DNA of 64,000 nucleotides from Naegleria gruberi (taxonomy: Eukaryota): NCBI GenBank assembly GCA_000004985.1, contig GG738845.1; one strand, given 5' to 3'. Position numbers and translations under genes: made by a program. Shown one piece after another: positions 32,099 through 42,014 of the stretch. The notes beneath the pieces are model-generated. The model made no database searches. It worked only from the letters and a program-made list of their open reading frames with translations, and was not told the DNA's origin. How positions within the stretch are numbered: the stretch's first letter is position 1; every line of letters starts with the position of its first letter.

Positions 32099-34114
32099 TT
32101 ATGTTTTTCTTGTTCCCTTTCCACTAGAGCCTCGTGAAGCTGTTTTCCTTCCCTTCTTTTTCTCTCTCTTCTTCTTGGGTTGCTCAATTACATCAACATA
32201 AACAACAGTGGAAGAAGACTTTGGAAGAGATTTAAGACATTCCTCAATAGGCCTATCCTCAGGCGTTATGATTGCTCTTCTAAGGGTGGAGCTAGGGATG
32301 AATACACCCTCCTTAGAAAGCAGTATCTTAATCTTGTCGCATTGATCCATGGCCATATTCTTCTGTAGTGTTGGTGGGCCACCAATTGGTTCGACTTCAA
32401 CTTTCTCTGCTGGCTTGACTTCTGTTTTTGGCACGGCACCATCCTTCTTGTTTGGGGTTGATGTCTTTTTAGGATCAGCTTTACCAGTCCTACCAGGTGA
32501 AGAAGGAGCTCTTTTCTTCTTAGGGTTGTTCTTTTCTGACTGTTGTTTTGTGAACAAATCGAATACATTGTGAGAAATAACCTTGTACTTGGAAGTTTCT
32601 CCAGCTTCTCTTGTCGTAGAACTTGTGAGAGGCCTTACATTACCTGTCGATTCTCTAGTAACAGTTTTATCACTTAATGTCCTTACAGTCTTTCCTCTTC
32701 CATAAAGTTGACCTGAAGTAGCAGGTCTAGGATGTGGCACCTCCACAAACTCATTTACAAAGAAGTTACTAAAGGGAGCCTGAGAAGCAAAGTCCACAAT
32801 TTTTGGAGTTTGAAAGCCCTTAGGATTTTGTACAGATGGCCCTTGATTACTGTTAGATGTTGTTGCTAACTCATCCCCAGCCTGTTTTGCATGGAATGCA
32901 TCTTCAGCACTATATGGAGTAAGGTAACTTGTATTTACATCTGAAAGACTTGAGCTTGTTTCAAGTTCTTCAATCCTAGTTGTTTTGCTAATTTTTGATG
33001 GAGGTTGAGCTCCTTTCTTTGAGCTTGCATCACTGGAAGCACTTTTTGGTCTCCTTTCATCTTCTTCATCACTACTCTCATCCAAAATATTTTCCCTCTT
33101 GATTAGTGTTGGCAGTTTGTAGTTCTTAATTTTATGAACTACTGTCCCTGTTTGAGAAGAAAAGGTTTGGCTTTCCAGTCTTCTCTGTATTTCTTCTTCT
33201 ATTCTTCCTCTATTAACTCTCCATGAATGTACAGCATCTCTAAACTCCATCTCTTCAATCTTTTCCTCTGCTTCCCTTGCTCTGAACATTGTCCAACTTT
33301 TCATTATATTTTCCACACTTCCAGTTCCTCTAACATCCTCAGAATACATTGAAAAAAGATCTCTTTGCGTTTGAATTGGAGGGGCTATCACCTTAGCTGA
33401 AGTATGGCTTCTTTGAGTATCCAAACGAGAAGTTTCTCTTGTTGAAGGTGTTTTCTCCTCAGATATTGTTGTTTCCTTATCATCATATGTACCATTCATT
33501 CTTTCATCGTATGATTTTGCCAAATTTCTTCTGCAATATTGTTTCAACTTGTGATTAATATTGGCCTTTCGTTTCTTTTCCTCACTGGCATAGAAAGGAA
33601 CTTTGGGATCTTTTGAAGGTTTCGATAATACATCGAAAGAGATAACTCTAGGATCCAAAGAATGACCAACATTATTCTTATCCCTTTTTGGTTTTTCTGA
33701 TTGAATTGTTGAAAATGTGTCATCTTCTTCATAGTCAAAGTTTGGTATAAATGGTTGGGAAGATGTGTTCCTAGATGAGGTATCTTGAGTGCTGTGCGTA
33801 GAAAGAGCTGATGGTTGTCTAGAGGAGGTTGTTGTCTGTCCAATATCTAAATGAAGTTGAGATTGAATTGATGAAGGAAGTGCACTCTGATTTCTTGCTG
33901 ATTGTTTAGAGGCAACTTTTCTTTGTTTCATATCCTGTTGTTGGATGGCTAATCTGAATTCCAACAATTTTCTCCTCTTGTCTCTATACCATGAGTAGGC
34001 TTTTTCTATCATTTCCTTTCTGATAAAAACATCACTGTACAAGGAAATACAATCTCTCAATAAGCTCTTCAATTGTCCAGCTACAAATACATAGATCTTA
34101 TCAATAGGTGCCAC
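32099..34114 (-). CDS. Hypothetical 671-aa Ser/Thr-rich basic protein (likely nuclear); the N-terminal exon or exons are not resolved
   Basis: Long ORF. The track start at 34114 is GTG and an in-frame stop lies just upstream, so the true start is either an internal ATG (KEMIEK) or an upstream exon. C-terminal KKKREKKKGRK-type basic clusters. Confidence 0.6.
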   Translation of the reverse strand: MAPIDKIYVFVAGQLKSLLRDCISLYSDVFIRKEMIEKAYSWYRDKRRKLLEFRLAIQQQDMKQRKVASKQSARNQSALPSSIQSQLHLDIGQTTTSSRQPSALSTHSTQDTSSRNTSSQPFIPNFDYEEDDTFSTIQSEKPKRDKNNVGHSLDPRVISFDVLSKPSKDPKVPFYASEEKKRKANINHKLKQYCRRNLAKSYDERMNGTYDDKETTISEEKTPSTRETSRLDTQRSHTSAKVIAPPIQTQRDLFSMYSEDVRGTGSVENIMKSWTMFRAREAEEKIEEMEFRDAVHSWRVNRGRIEEEIQRRLESQTFSSQTGTVVHKIKNYKLPTLIKRENILDESSDEEDERRPKSASSDASSKKGAQPPSKISKTTRIEELETSSSLSDVNTSYLTPYSAEDAFHAKQAGDELATTSNSNQGPSVQNPKGFQTPKIVDFASQAPFSNFFVNEFVEVPHPRPATSGQLYGRGKTVRTLSDKTVTRESTGNVRPLTSSTTREAGETSKYKVISHNVFDLFTKQQSEKNNPKKKRAPSSPGRTGKADPKKTSTPNKKDGAVPKTEVKPAEKVEVEPIGGPPTLQKNMAMDQCDKIKILLSKEGVFIPSSTLRRAIITPEDRPIEECLKSLPKSSSTVVYVDVIEQPKKKREKKKGRKTASRGSSGKGTRKT

Positions 34115-34139
34115 TCTCTTTAAGAAGGTTAAAATTTAC

Positions 34140-34460
34140 GACATTATAAACTTGCCTTACAATACTCCTCCGAACAAAACTTATTTACATCCTTAATCAT
34201 CTCAAGAAAGTGAGTATCGTTCATAAGGGATTTATCTACTTCAATAAGTGCATTTAGTGAGAAGCTTTTTTCATTACTATTATTACTATCCACAAAAACC
34301 TTGATATCCAACTTGTTGTAGTCTTGGCGATGATCCTTAAAGGTGGTGATGAACCGCTTTTCAGCTTGTTCTCTATTAATTCCATTTCATCGGAAGAAGT
34401 ATTCTTCGTAAAAACGTATCTACGATTTACTTACAGTTTTTCATCAAACCTTTTTTCCAT
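34140..34460 (-). CDS. Putative small two-exon gene: exon 1 34434..34460 (MEKRFDEKT), a GTAAGT...AAAAG intron, exon 2 ending TAA at 34144-34146. Predicted product about 80 aa. It might instead be the 5' exons of the 32099..34114 gene.
   Basis: About 64 codons are open in one minus-strand frame (..RFITTFKDHRQDYNKLDIKVFVDSNNSNEKSFSLNALIEVDKSLMNDTHFLEMIKDVNKFCSEEYCKASL*). An upstream ATG is followed immediately by a canonical GTAAGT donor. Not in the ORF track because it is split by the intron. Confidence 0.3.
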
Positions 34461-34579
34461 CTTTTTTTTTTAAGTTCTTGTCGTTAAACATCTCTGCTGT
34501 TGTACGTTTTTACTTCTGCAGGTTTGTGTAACGGTTTTTGCCGCTCTTTTTGTTTTTGTGGATATCAAATTCAAAAAAA

Positions 34580-37254
34580 ATGTCAAAACGAAAGGCACAC
34601 CTCTTGGAAGCACTCAACCAAAATAATACTAAAGCAAACAATCCTTTTGGATCAATGCCATTTTCAATTAATGGAATGAATACAAGTTTTTTAGGACCAG
34701 TTACACCCATCGGAAATGTGCAATCATCCACAACACACAATGAAGATTCTTCATCTCGTAATAATTTCGTTATTCCAATGATACAGAATAACAAGCGATT
34801 AAAAACAAATAGTACACAAAATAGATTGGCAGGTAAATCTTTTTATCAGGTACAAGAGGAAATGGAAAAGGAACACCAAAAAGAAATCCAAGAGAGGGAA
34901 GAATTAGAAAAGGAAAACAAAACATGGTGTGAAAAATTAGAAAAGAAGGAGGCTCACAAGCCAGCATTCAAATCAGAGCCAAATTTTGTAAAACTAAACA
35001 TGAAGAGGAAGGGTTTCAAATCAAAAAAACGATTTAAACCCTCTGGAGCAAGATTTTCTAACAATTTATCAAAAAAGAATTTTAACAAACTGAACAATAC
35101 TGAAGAAGACCAATCATTAGATCAAGAAATTACAAATGATACTTATTCTGATATTGAAGAGAAGGAATCTACAAACTTCGATGACACCATTTCACTTAAG
35201 TATTCAATGGACGAAATTATTCGATCCAAGGAAAAAGCTGAAGAAATTCTACAAGAGTTCTTCTCTCATGAATCATTTAGACCAGGTCAATTCGAAACAA
35301 TTTCAAGAATTATGAACAACCAATCATCATTGCTTATTTCAGGAACTGGAAGTGGAAAATCTACTTGTTATCAATTTCCTGCGCTCTGCATGACATTAGG
35401 TAAATTAGAATTTGCTATTGTTGTTTCTCCTCTCATATCCTTAATGGAAGATCAGCTGAAAAATCTTATTCCGACCCTACCAGGTTCTATACTTACCAAT
35501 AATCAGTCCAGTCAACAAAAATCTAAAATTATTAATGATATTAGAAAGGGGATCACCAAGATATTATTTATATCACCTGAAAGATTATGCGACCCAAAAT
35601 TTATTGAACAATTAAGGCAACTTCCTAAAATTTCATTTGCATGCATCGATGGTAAGTATTATATTAATAATAGCATGTTTAATAAGGCGTCTAAAAAGAG
35701 GCTCACTGTATGTCTGAATGGTCTCACAACTTTAGACCTTCATATTTAAGCATTAAAAATGTATTGGGGAAGGATTTGGGAGTGACCACTATATTAGCAA
35801 TGACAGGTACTGCTACAAGACACACAGAAGAATCTATTTGTGAATATCTTCATATTGAAAAGGATGGTATTTATAGACAGACTTTAGCGAGACACAACCT
35901 GATAAAGACCATTTCTTTGGGAATTCCAAGCAAGTTTACAGCCGTACTAAACCTTCTAAATAGTGAAAGAATGAGGAATTGCAAAGAGTCCATAATTATT
36001 TATGCAATGCAAAGACGAGATGCAGAGCAGTTATGTAGCCACTTAATTATGAATGGTATTCATGCAATTCCATACCATGCAGGTCTCGACACTTCCAAAA
36101 GAAAAGAAATCCAAAACAAATTTGTAAAAAAGGAAATTAACATTATTGTTGCTACAGTAGCCTTTGGAATGGGAATCAATATTTCAAACGTTCAGGCTGT
36201 CATTCATTTCAATTTACCAAAATCTATAGAAAGTTATATTCAAGAGATTGGTAGAGCTGGTAGAGACGGGTCTCAAGCCCAATGTCACATGCTGTTGGAT
36301 GATGATGACTACCTGTTGATAAGATCATTGTGTTACAGTAACTATGTAGATGTCTTTACTGTGAAAAAACTAATTCAAAAGGTATTTAAAGACAATGAAA
36401 TTGGAACTGTTATTGCAATGGGAATTAAGCAGTTGGAAAAACATTTAGATTTGAAAGAGGAAGTCATCTCAACAATATTAACCCTTTTACAAAGCAAAGG
36501 CTATGTAAAAGTCTTGCCTCAAATGAACCACATATTCACCATTTATTTTATGAAAAGTACACCAGTAGAACTTTCTAAAAAGCATGCATGGATTAAGATT
36601 GCTCTCCAAAATTCCAAATCTACAAAGTTTGAAATTGACATCTCCAAACTCTCAAAAGAAGCCTCCATAACTCTCTCACAATTAGAGATGGAAATTATAG
36701 GATTGAAGGAAATTGGAGAAATCAAATATGAATCAAAATCTGAAGCCTTTTGTTTAGAAGTTGTAAAAGATGTCGATGATATTATTCAAGTGTCTACAAT
36801 AATAACAGAGGAAATGAAATCATTAGAAAAAATCAATGTACACAAATCCAAAGCAATGTATAAACTTGCCAGAGAATTCATTATTTCAGATGAAGAATCT
36901 CAAAAATCTCAACCAAAAAGAAAAACAGGGATGGACGAACTAATAGATAGTTATTTCACAAGCGAAAAGGAAGAGGATTTTCTATCAAGTGAAAATGATA
37001 TTGCAAAAACAGAATTGAAAGGAAATGACAGGATTACAATTCAAGCTGATTGTTTTGTATTATTGAGAAAGTATGAATCAATTCCTAATGCAAAGGTACT
37101 AGCAAAAATACTTACTGGTCTTTCAACTCCAAATTTTAATGTTGAATTTTGGAAGAGTTGTGGAATGTGGGGTAGATATAGAAATGTGGATTTTTATTCT
37201 TTATTAGAAGTTGCCACTGATGTTTTTACCAGACATAAAGTAGAAAACTTGTGA
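34580..37254 (+). CDS. RecQ-family ATP-dependent DNA helicase (875 aa). Two exons 34580..35651 and 35699..37254, with a 47-nt GTAAGT...AAAAAG intron (phase 1) splitting the DEAH box.
   Basis: SFRPGQFETISRIMNNQSSLLISGTGSGKSTCYQFPAL (motifs 0 and I). FACID followed by EAHCMSEWSHNFRPSY regenerates the DEAH box and the downstream aromatic-rich loop only after splicing. Later motifs are LAMTGTAT, IIYAMQRRDAEQL, ATVAFGMGINISNVQAVIHFNLPKSIESYIQEIGRAGRDG. The canonical 4-Cys zinc subdomain is not obvious. Confidence 0.85.
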
Positions 37255-37311
37255 ATTCCATAAAACAATCATGCAAAATTGCTTTTAAATAAAAAATTGA
37301 ACACTCAAAAA

Positions 37312-37755
37312 ATGTCATCACCAAACACTACTCCTGTTAATAATGTAGTTCGTCTCCCATTCTCTCACGATTCAAAGGGAGAATACAAGCCAGAAAATAT
37401 TGTTTCACAATTAATTCCACAAGCTATGGTTAATAATATTTATACTGATAGATCGGGTCACATGAGTTGCGGAGTTTGGTCATCAACCAAAGGAAAGTGG
37501 TGGTTTGACCAAGGAGATAATGCAGAGGAATTCTGTTGTTTAATTTCTGGTAAAGTAAGACTTGTTGCTGATGGAGAAATCTCGGAAGGTGTTCAAGAAT
37601 TTAGTGCTGGTGATGCTTTCATCATTCCAGTTGGATTCAGAGGTACTTGGGAAACAGTTGAGGATGTAAAGAAGTTTTATTGTGTTTTTGAAAAGAAGGT
37701 TGCCAACTCTAGTGTTGTTCCACACCCAACCTCAAGCACAGAAAGTAAACTCTAA
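37312..37755 (+). CDS. Small cupin-fold protein (cupin_3/DUF861-like), 147 aa
   Basis: ...GHMSCGVWSSTKGKWWFDQGDNAEEFCCLISGKVRLVADGEISEGVQEFSAGDAFIIPVGFRGTWETVEDVKKFYCVFE. This is the typical two-motif cupin pattern G(X)5HXH-like / G(X)5PXG. First ATG at 37312. Confidence 0.6.
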   Translation: MSSPNTTPVNNVVRLPFSHDSKGEYKPENIVSQLIPQAMVNNIYTDRSGHMSCGVWSSTKGKWWFDQGDNAEEFCCLISGKVRLVADGEISEGVQEFSAGDAFIIPVGFRGTWETVEDVKKFYCVFEKKVANSSVVPHPTSSTESKL

Positions 37756-37893
37756 TCATCAAACCACACGAATAAAAAGTAGAAACTTCTTCCCGCCTAA
37801 ACCACATTTTCAACTACAAAATTTCCCTCCATTTAAACAGACTGTTTTGCAATTTTAAAAAAAATAGAAAATTGTGTTGTTGTTTCCATCATC

Positions 37894-39066
37894 ATGAGTA
37901 AGGAACAATCACCAACAATGCAAAAAGGACCAACCTTTGATGATATTTTGCAAATGCTCAAAAAATCCTTCATAGAGGAAACAAAAGAGCTTAGAGAGGA
38001 ATTAATGGATTGGAAAGTAAAATGCAAAGAATTGGAAAAGCAAAACAATATTCTTGATTATAGGATCAAAGGATCAAGCAATAGAATATCTGAATTGGAA
38101 AAAAAGCTAGAGGAAACAGAAGAATTGAAAAATTCTACAATGAGAAAATATTATGATTTGAAAAGAGACTATGATGACTTGAACCAATTCAAAACATCAA
38201 TAACACACATGGTTAGCCCAACAAAAGACAAGACAAAGCAATCTATCAATCCAGCTACAAATTTAACTTCTAAATTTTCTTCTCCAGAAGTGAGAAAAAC
38301 AAGTTCATTTGTGTTCAACTCAGAAGATGACCTTTGCACCCCAAGTAATCACTCCAATATAAGTAATATTTCTGTAAGACATGACTCATATGACCCTATC
38401 CTGACAAGTGTGCACCAAAGAAATAAGTATGGATCTGATTCTCCAATAATATTTAACAGAACACCTCAAAAGTCTAGGGATCAAACAGTAAGAAGTAGAA
38501 GTGCAACACTCTCAAATAGAAAGAGAACCTCAATTCTAAAAGATCCATCATCATTTACTTCCAGAGAAAAGAATGTAAAGTTTTCACCAAGTACAAAAAC
38601 TGCTGAGCTAGGAGAAAAAGAAGTGCCAGTGGATACACCATTTTCTGCTCCTCCTACACCACATTCATCGTTTGGAGTTCAATACACTAAGAAGCCAGAT
38701 TTGAAAGAGGAATCCCATGACAAGGTAGTAGCTGATAGATTTGTATCCACACCATCAAGGCGAACCTATTCAAGTCAAGAATCGGCAAATAACTACACAA
38801 AGAATTCTAATCGATTAGCAAGTAGTATTGCAAGTAGCGACTTGGAAGAGATTAGTGCTGATGTAACAGCTCAAGAGTTGTATCTGAGAGTGAAGAAGGC
38901 TCTCTCACCAGATGAGTTTAAGAACTTTAGCACAAATATCAGAAAATTGAACATGGGTGAACAATCCATCACCACAACCCTAGTTAATCTGCGAGAAATT
39001 ATTGGAGAAGAACGTCAGAACTTGTACTCACATCTGAAGAGAGTAATATCTGCTGGAGAAATGTAG
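37894..39066 (+). CDS. Hypothetical 390-aa protein: N-terminal coiled coil, a central Ser/Thr/Pro-rich region with many SP/TP sites, and a conserved-looking C-terminal block
   Basis: Continuous ORF from ATG to TAG. C-terminal AQELYLRVKKALSPDEFKNFSTNIRKLNMGEQSITTTLVNLREIIGEERQNLYSHLKRVI. No family assignment. Confidence 0.55.
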   Translation: MSKEQSPTMQKGPTFDDILQMLKKSFIEETKELREELMDWKVKCKELEKQNNILDYRIKGSSNRISELEKKLEETEELKNSTMRKYYDLKRDYDDLNQFKTSITHMVSPTKDKTKQSINPATNLTSKFSSPEVRKTSSFVFNSEDDLCTPSNHSNISNISVRHDSYDPILTSVHQRNKYGSDSPIIFNRTPQKSRDQTVRSRSATLSNRKRTSILKDPSSFTSREKNVKFSPSTKTAELGEKEVPVDTPFSAPPTPHSSFGVQYTKKPDLKEESHDKVVADRFVSTPSRRTYSSQESANNYTKNSNRLASSIASSDLEEISADVTAQELYLRVKKALSPDEFKNFSTNIRKLNMGEQSITTTLVNLREIIGEERQNLYSHLKRVISAGEM

Positions 39067-39214
39067 CAATAAAGGTTAGTTCGATTTTGCAGAAAGTTAG
39101 AAAAATATTAAAATGAATTTTGAATAAAACAGGAAAGATAGTGTTTGGGACAAAATGTCTTTTATTTAGCTTCATTCAGGAGGAATGAGCAGGAAATTCC
39201 TGCAAGCAAACAAT

Positions 39215-39340
39215 TTATTTAGCTCTTTGCTTCATCTGTAAAATATGTAAGAAACAAACTCGATAAATTTAATTATCACTTACCTTCCTTCTCTTTTTCT
39301 TAAGTCTACGCATACGCTTCTTCTTCCACTTTTCACGCAT
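39215..39340 (-). CDS. RPL41: Ribosomal protein eL41 (25 aa). Exons 39284..39340 and 39215..39235, with a 48-nt GTAAGT...TTTACAG intron.
   Basis: Spliced product [25 protein letters not shown]. Compare [25 protein letters not shown] in animals. The gene is too short and too split to appear in the ORF track. Confidence 0.8.
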
Positions 39341-39856
39341 TGTGAGGTTTTTTTTTTGCGAAAATTACAATTCGTGCCGCAATGCTGCGCTACTTGAATG
39401 TAGAAAAGCTTGTAATTGGTTGGGTGGAGCGTTGACCATAAATTTACAATGAAAACTCTTGCCCTGCATTGTCTAGTGCTAAACTTGTGCTCTCCAACAT
39501 TGTCAAGAAATCAATTTATTTTAATTGGTATTAAGTTAGCAATGACTCTAGTCAACGACATTATGTCATATTGTTTAAATATTGGTATTCACCATATGAG
39601 TTACGAGAGGTATTTTTAGGTTTTTGACTCTTGCAATAAATAATTGTACATCAATTTGAAAATGAATCCCACCATGAAAACCAAAGTAAGCCTTGCTTTG
39701 TCAAAGGAGAAGAAGTGATGTATGATTAAATTGAACCTATGACAAGTTTATTGTTTAATTTTTATGTACATTAGTTCTCTTGTTAATATTTCAATTCTGT
39801 TTGGTTATTATTTACATTATTTTGAAGTGTTCAATTGTATTGGACATTTGGCGTCA

Positions 39857-40480
39857 TTAAATTAGTTGTAATCTTTGATTGGTTTTATCATCAGTCGACT
39901 TATTCCATTTCCATACAATTACTTTGCTTTCTCCTGGGAATGAGCTCCTTTTAGTTCTCTTTTTAGCTGTTGTTGTTGAACTATTATTGCTTCCTCTCCT
40001 TCTACGTTTTGGAGATTTGTCTTTCAAGGATTTAACTTCTTTTTCTGAATTGCTTGCATTATTGTTTTCAAATTCGTTTAAATTTGATTCTTCAGTACTA
40101 CCAATCTCAGATAAAAAACTGAACTCATCTTGAAGTTTTGTTATTTGTCCTTTATCATTACTTGTCGTTATCTGAGCAATGCTGGATGGACTGTCAAGAG
40201 ATGTTAAAAAATCATCCACATCCAACTTTAGAAAAGTTAAATCCTCATCTTCATTTACTTTAAAGTAACTTATGAGGTCTAGAGAGGCAACACTTTGGGA
40301 TGTGGTTGTTGTCAAGTCAGATTTTACATCTTCCTCACAAGTTGGAGGTGATATTACTCCACTATTGTTAGTATTTAATCGTGATAACAGTAATTTTTCA
40401 TTTATGTTGGGTATTGAGTGCAAGTAATCGGCAATGAGTTTGCACTCATAACATCCACAACTCACAAAGTTTGCACTCAT
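39857..40480 (-). CDS. Hypothetical 207-aa acidic protein with a C-terminal basic NLS-like patch (KRRRRGSNNSSTTTAKKRTKR)
   Basis: Continuous ORF. N-terminal CGCYECK motif. No family match. Confidence 0.5.
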   Translation of the reverse strand: MSANFVSCGCYECKLIADYLHSIPNINEKLLLSRLNTNNSGVISPPTCEEDVKSDLTTTTSQSVASLDLISYFKVNEDEDLTFLKLDVDDFLTSLDSPSSIAQITTSNDKGQITKLQDEFSFLSEIGSTEESNLNEFENNNASNSEKEVKSLKDKSPKRRRRGSNNSSTTTAKKRTKRSSFPGESKVIVWKWNKSTDDKTNQRLQLI

Positions 40481-40770
40481 TCTTTTTTATGCAATCTGGA
40501 TTGTCCGTTACCAGAGAACCTACGAGTGTTGGATGATGCACCTTAATAGACCATCGTACACAAGCTTCCTATTCAGTACAGATCAGTACCAACCTTGGCT
40601 GTCTAACCGAACAACTAACATCATGTTATGATCCTAAACAGCGACATCAAATAGTGGAATTTCTAAGGTTTTTCGTTGCATAACTCACTACAATAGGCCA
40701 TGAACATTCAATGTATACAACAATCTTCCAATAAAAAAATAACATTGTAAATGGTTTACAATTAATAGTT

Positions 40771-41910
40771 TTACTTGTTAATTTTTATACCAGAACATTT
40801 TGGAACAGTTCTCTTCATCATATCATACCATGCACCAAGTTGAGGTACTTCCTTGGTCAATTCATTAAAGGTTCTCAAACCTTCAATAGATGTCAAAATA
40901 CCATAGGCAGCAAGATCTGCAAGATCTGGTTTATCACCACCATGGAAACGTCCATTTGGTAAAACAGCTTCATTAATCCACTTTTTACCACAAGAAAAAA
41001 TGGCTTCTCTTTCATCTTCAATACCATACTTTTTCTTCAGTCTCTTGGCTACTGCATACATGGTAAATGAACCTCCATATAAAACTGCTTGCTTTTGGAA
41101 CCAACTGAAACCATTTTGTTCAGAAATGTATTCAAATGCCTCTACGGCTTCTTCATTAGTTCTATAAATGTTTGGAGCAAGAGTATGTACGAAAGTATCA
41201 TCAACCCATTTTCTCCACTTGACAGTATCCTTAGTGTTCATTGTTTTAGTTTCATCGAGAACATCATTCAAGTGAGTAATAATTCTGGAAGAATCGTTCA
41301 ATTGATTATTAATAAGTCCATCAATGACAACTATTGGTACTTTTCTGTAATCTTTGGAAAATTTAATTTCTGATTTGAATAATGGATTGACTTCAATAAT
41401 TTTGTATGGGATTTGATTAAAATCCAAATATGCTCTAACCTTACAACAGAAAGGGCATACTTGATATTGATAGAGAGTAATGTTATATTCATTCTTGTTC
41501 TTTCCTTTGAGAACCTCTCTCAAAATATTCATGTTATCTTCAATTTCATATCTATTGATAGATTCCTCCTCACGAACAGTGCTTTGTGGGGTGACTGGTT
41601 GTTTGACCTCTTCTGCTTTAACTTCGGAATCAGACATTACCATAGAAACACCTGTACCCAATCCAACCAAAGCCAAAACAAGAGCCATCATCTTTTTATC
41701 GATTTTTTGAGATCCACTAGTATTATTATTATTATTGCTTTGATGTTGTTGGAAAAATCCTCTACTCAAATTGAAATTTCGTTGTTGATTAATCACGATA
41801 GAATTAACATTATATTTGGTAGTGAAAGATGTTGTCTTGGTGTTGAATGATACAATACCACGAGCAGAGCAACGTGAGGCAATTCTAGCAAGTGTGGACA
41901 TTTTTTTCAA
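40771..41910 (-). CDS. Glutaredoxin-2 / prostaglandin-E-synthase-2-like thioredoxin-fold GST-C protein with an N-terminal mitochondrial-type presequence and a TM segment
   Basis: CPFC active site in LYQYQVCPFCCKVRAYLDFNQIPYKIIEVNPLFKSEIKFSKDYRKVPIV, plus a C-terminal GST-like helical domain (...GGDKPDLADLAAYGILTSIEG...). Confidence 0.65.
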   Translation of the reverse strand: MKKMSTLARIASRCSARGIVSFNTKTTSFTTKYNVNSIVINQQRNFNLSRGFFQQHQSNNNNNTSGSQKIDKKMMALVLALVGLGTGVSMVMSDSEVKAEEVKQPVTPQSTVREEESINRYEIEDNMNILREVLKGKNKNEYNITLYQYQVCPFCCKVRAYLDFNQIPYKIIEVNPLFKSEIKFSKDYRKVPIVVIDGLINNQLNDSSRIITHLNDVLDETKTMNTKDTVKWRKWVDDTFVHTLAPNIYRTNEEAVEAFEYISEQNGFSWFQKQAVLYGGSFTMYAVAKRLKKKYGIEDEREAIFSCGKKWINEAVLPNGRFHGGDKPDLADLAAYGILTSIEGLRTFNELTKEVPQLGAWYDMMKRTVPKCSGIKINK

Positions 41911-42014
41911 AAAGTTGGGTTGTGAAAGCTCCGCTATTGTTATTTATCGGACTACTTCAATCAATTTGATTAAATATTTTGTGAATTTCCTCATTTCCTT
42001 TCTGCAAGGTTGGT

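Noticed and set aside
39416-39619. 67-aa ORF in the eL41 upstream spacer
   Set aside because: No homology and poor codon bias. The region is more plausibly promoter, UTR or ncRNA.
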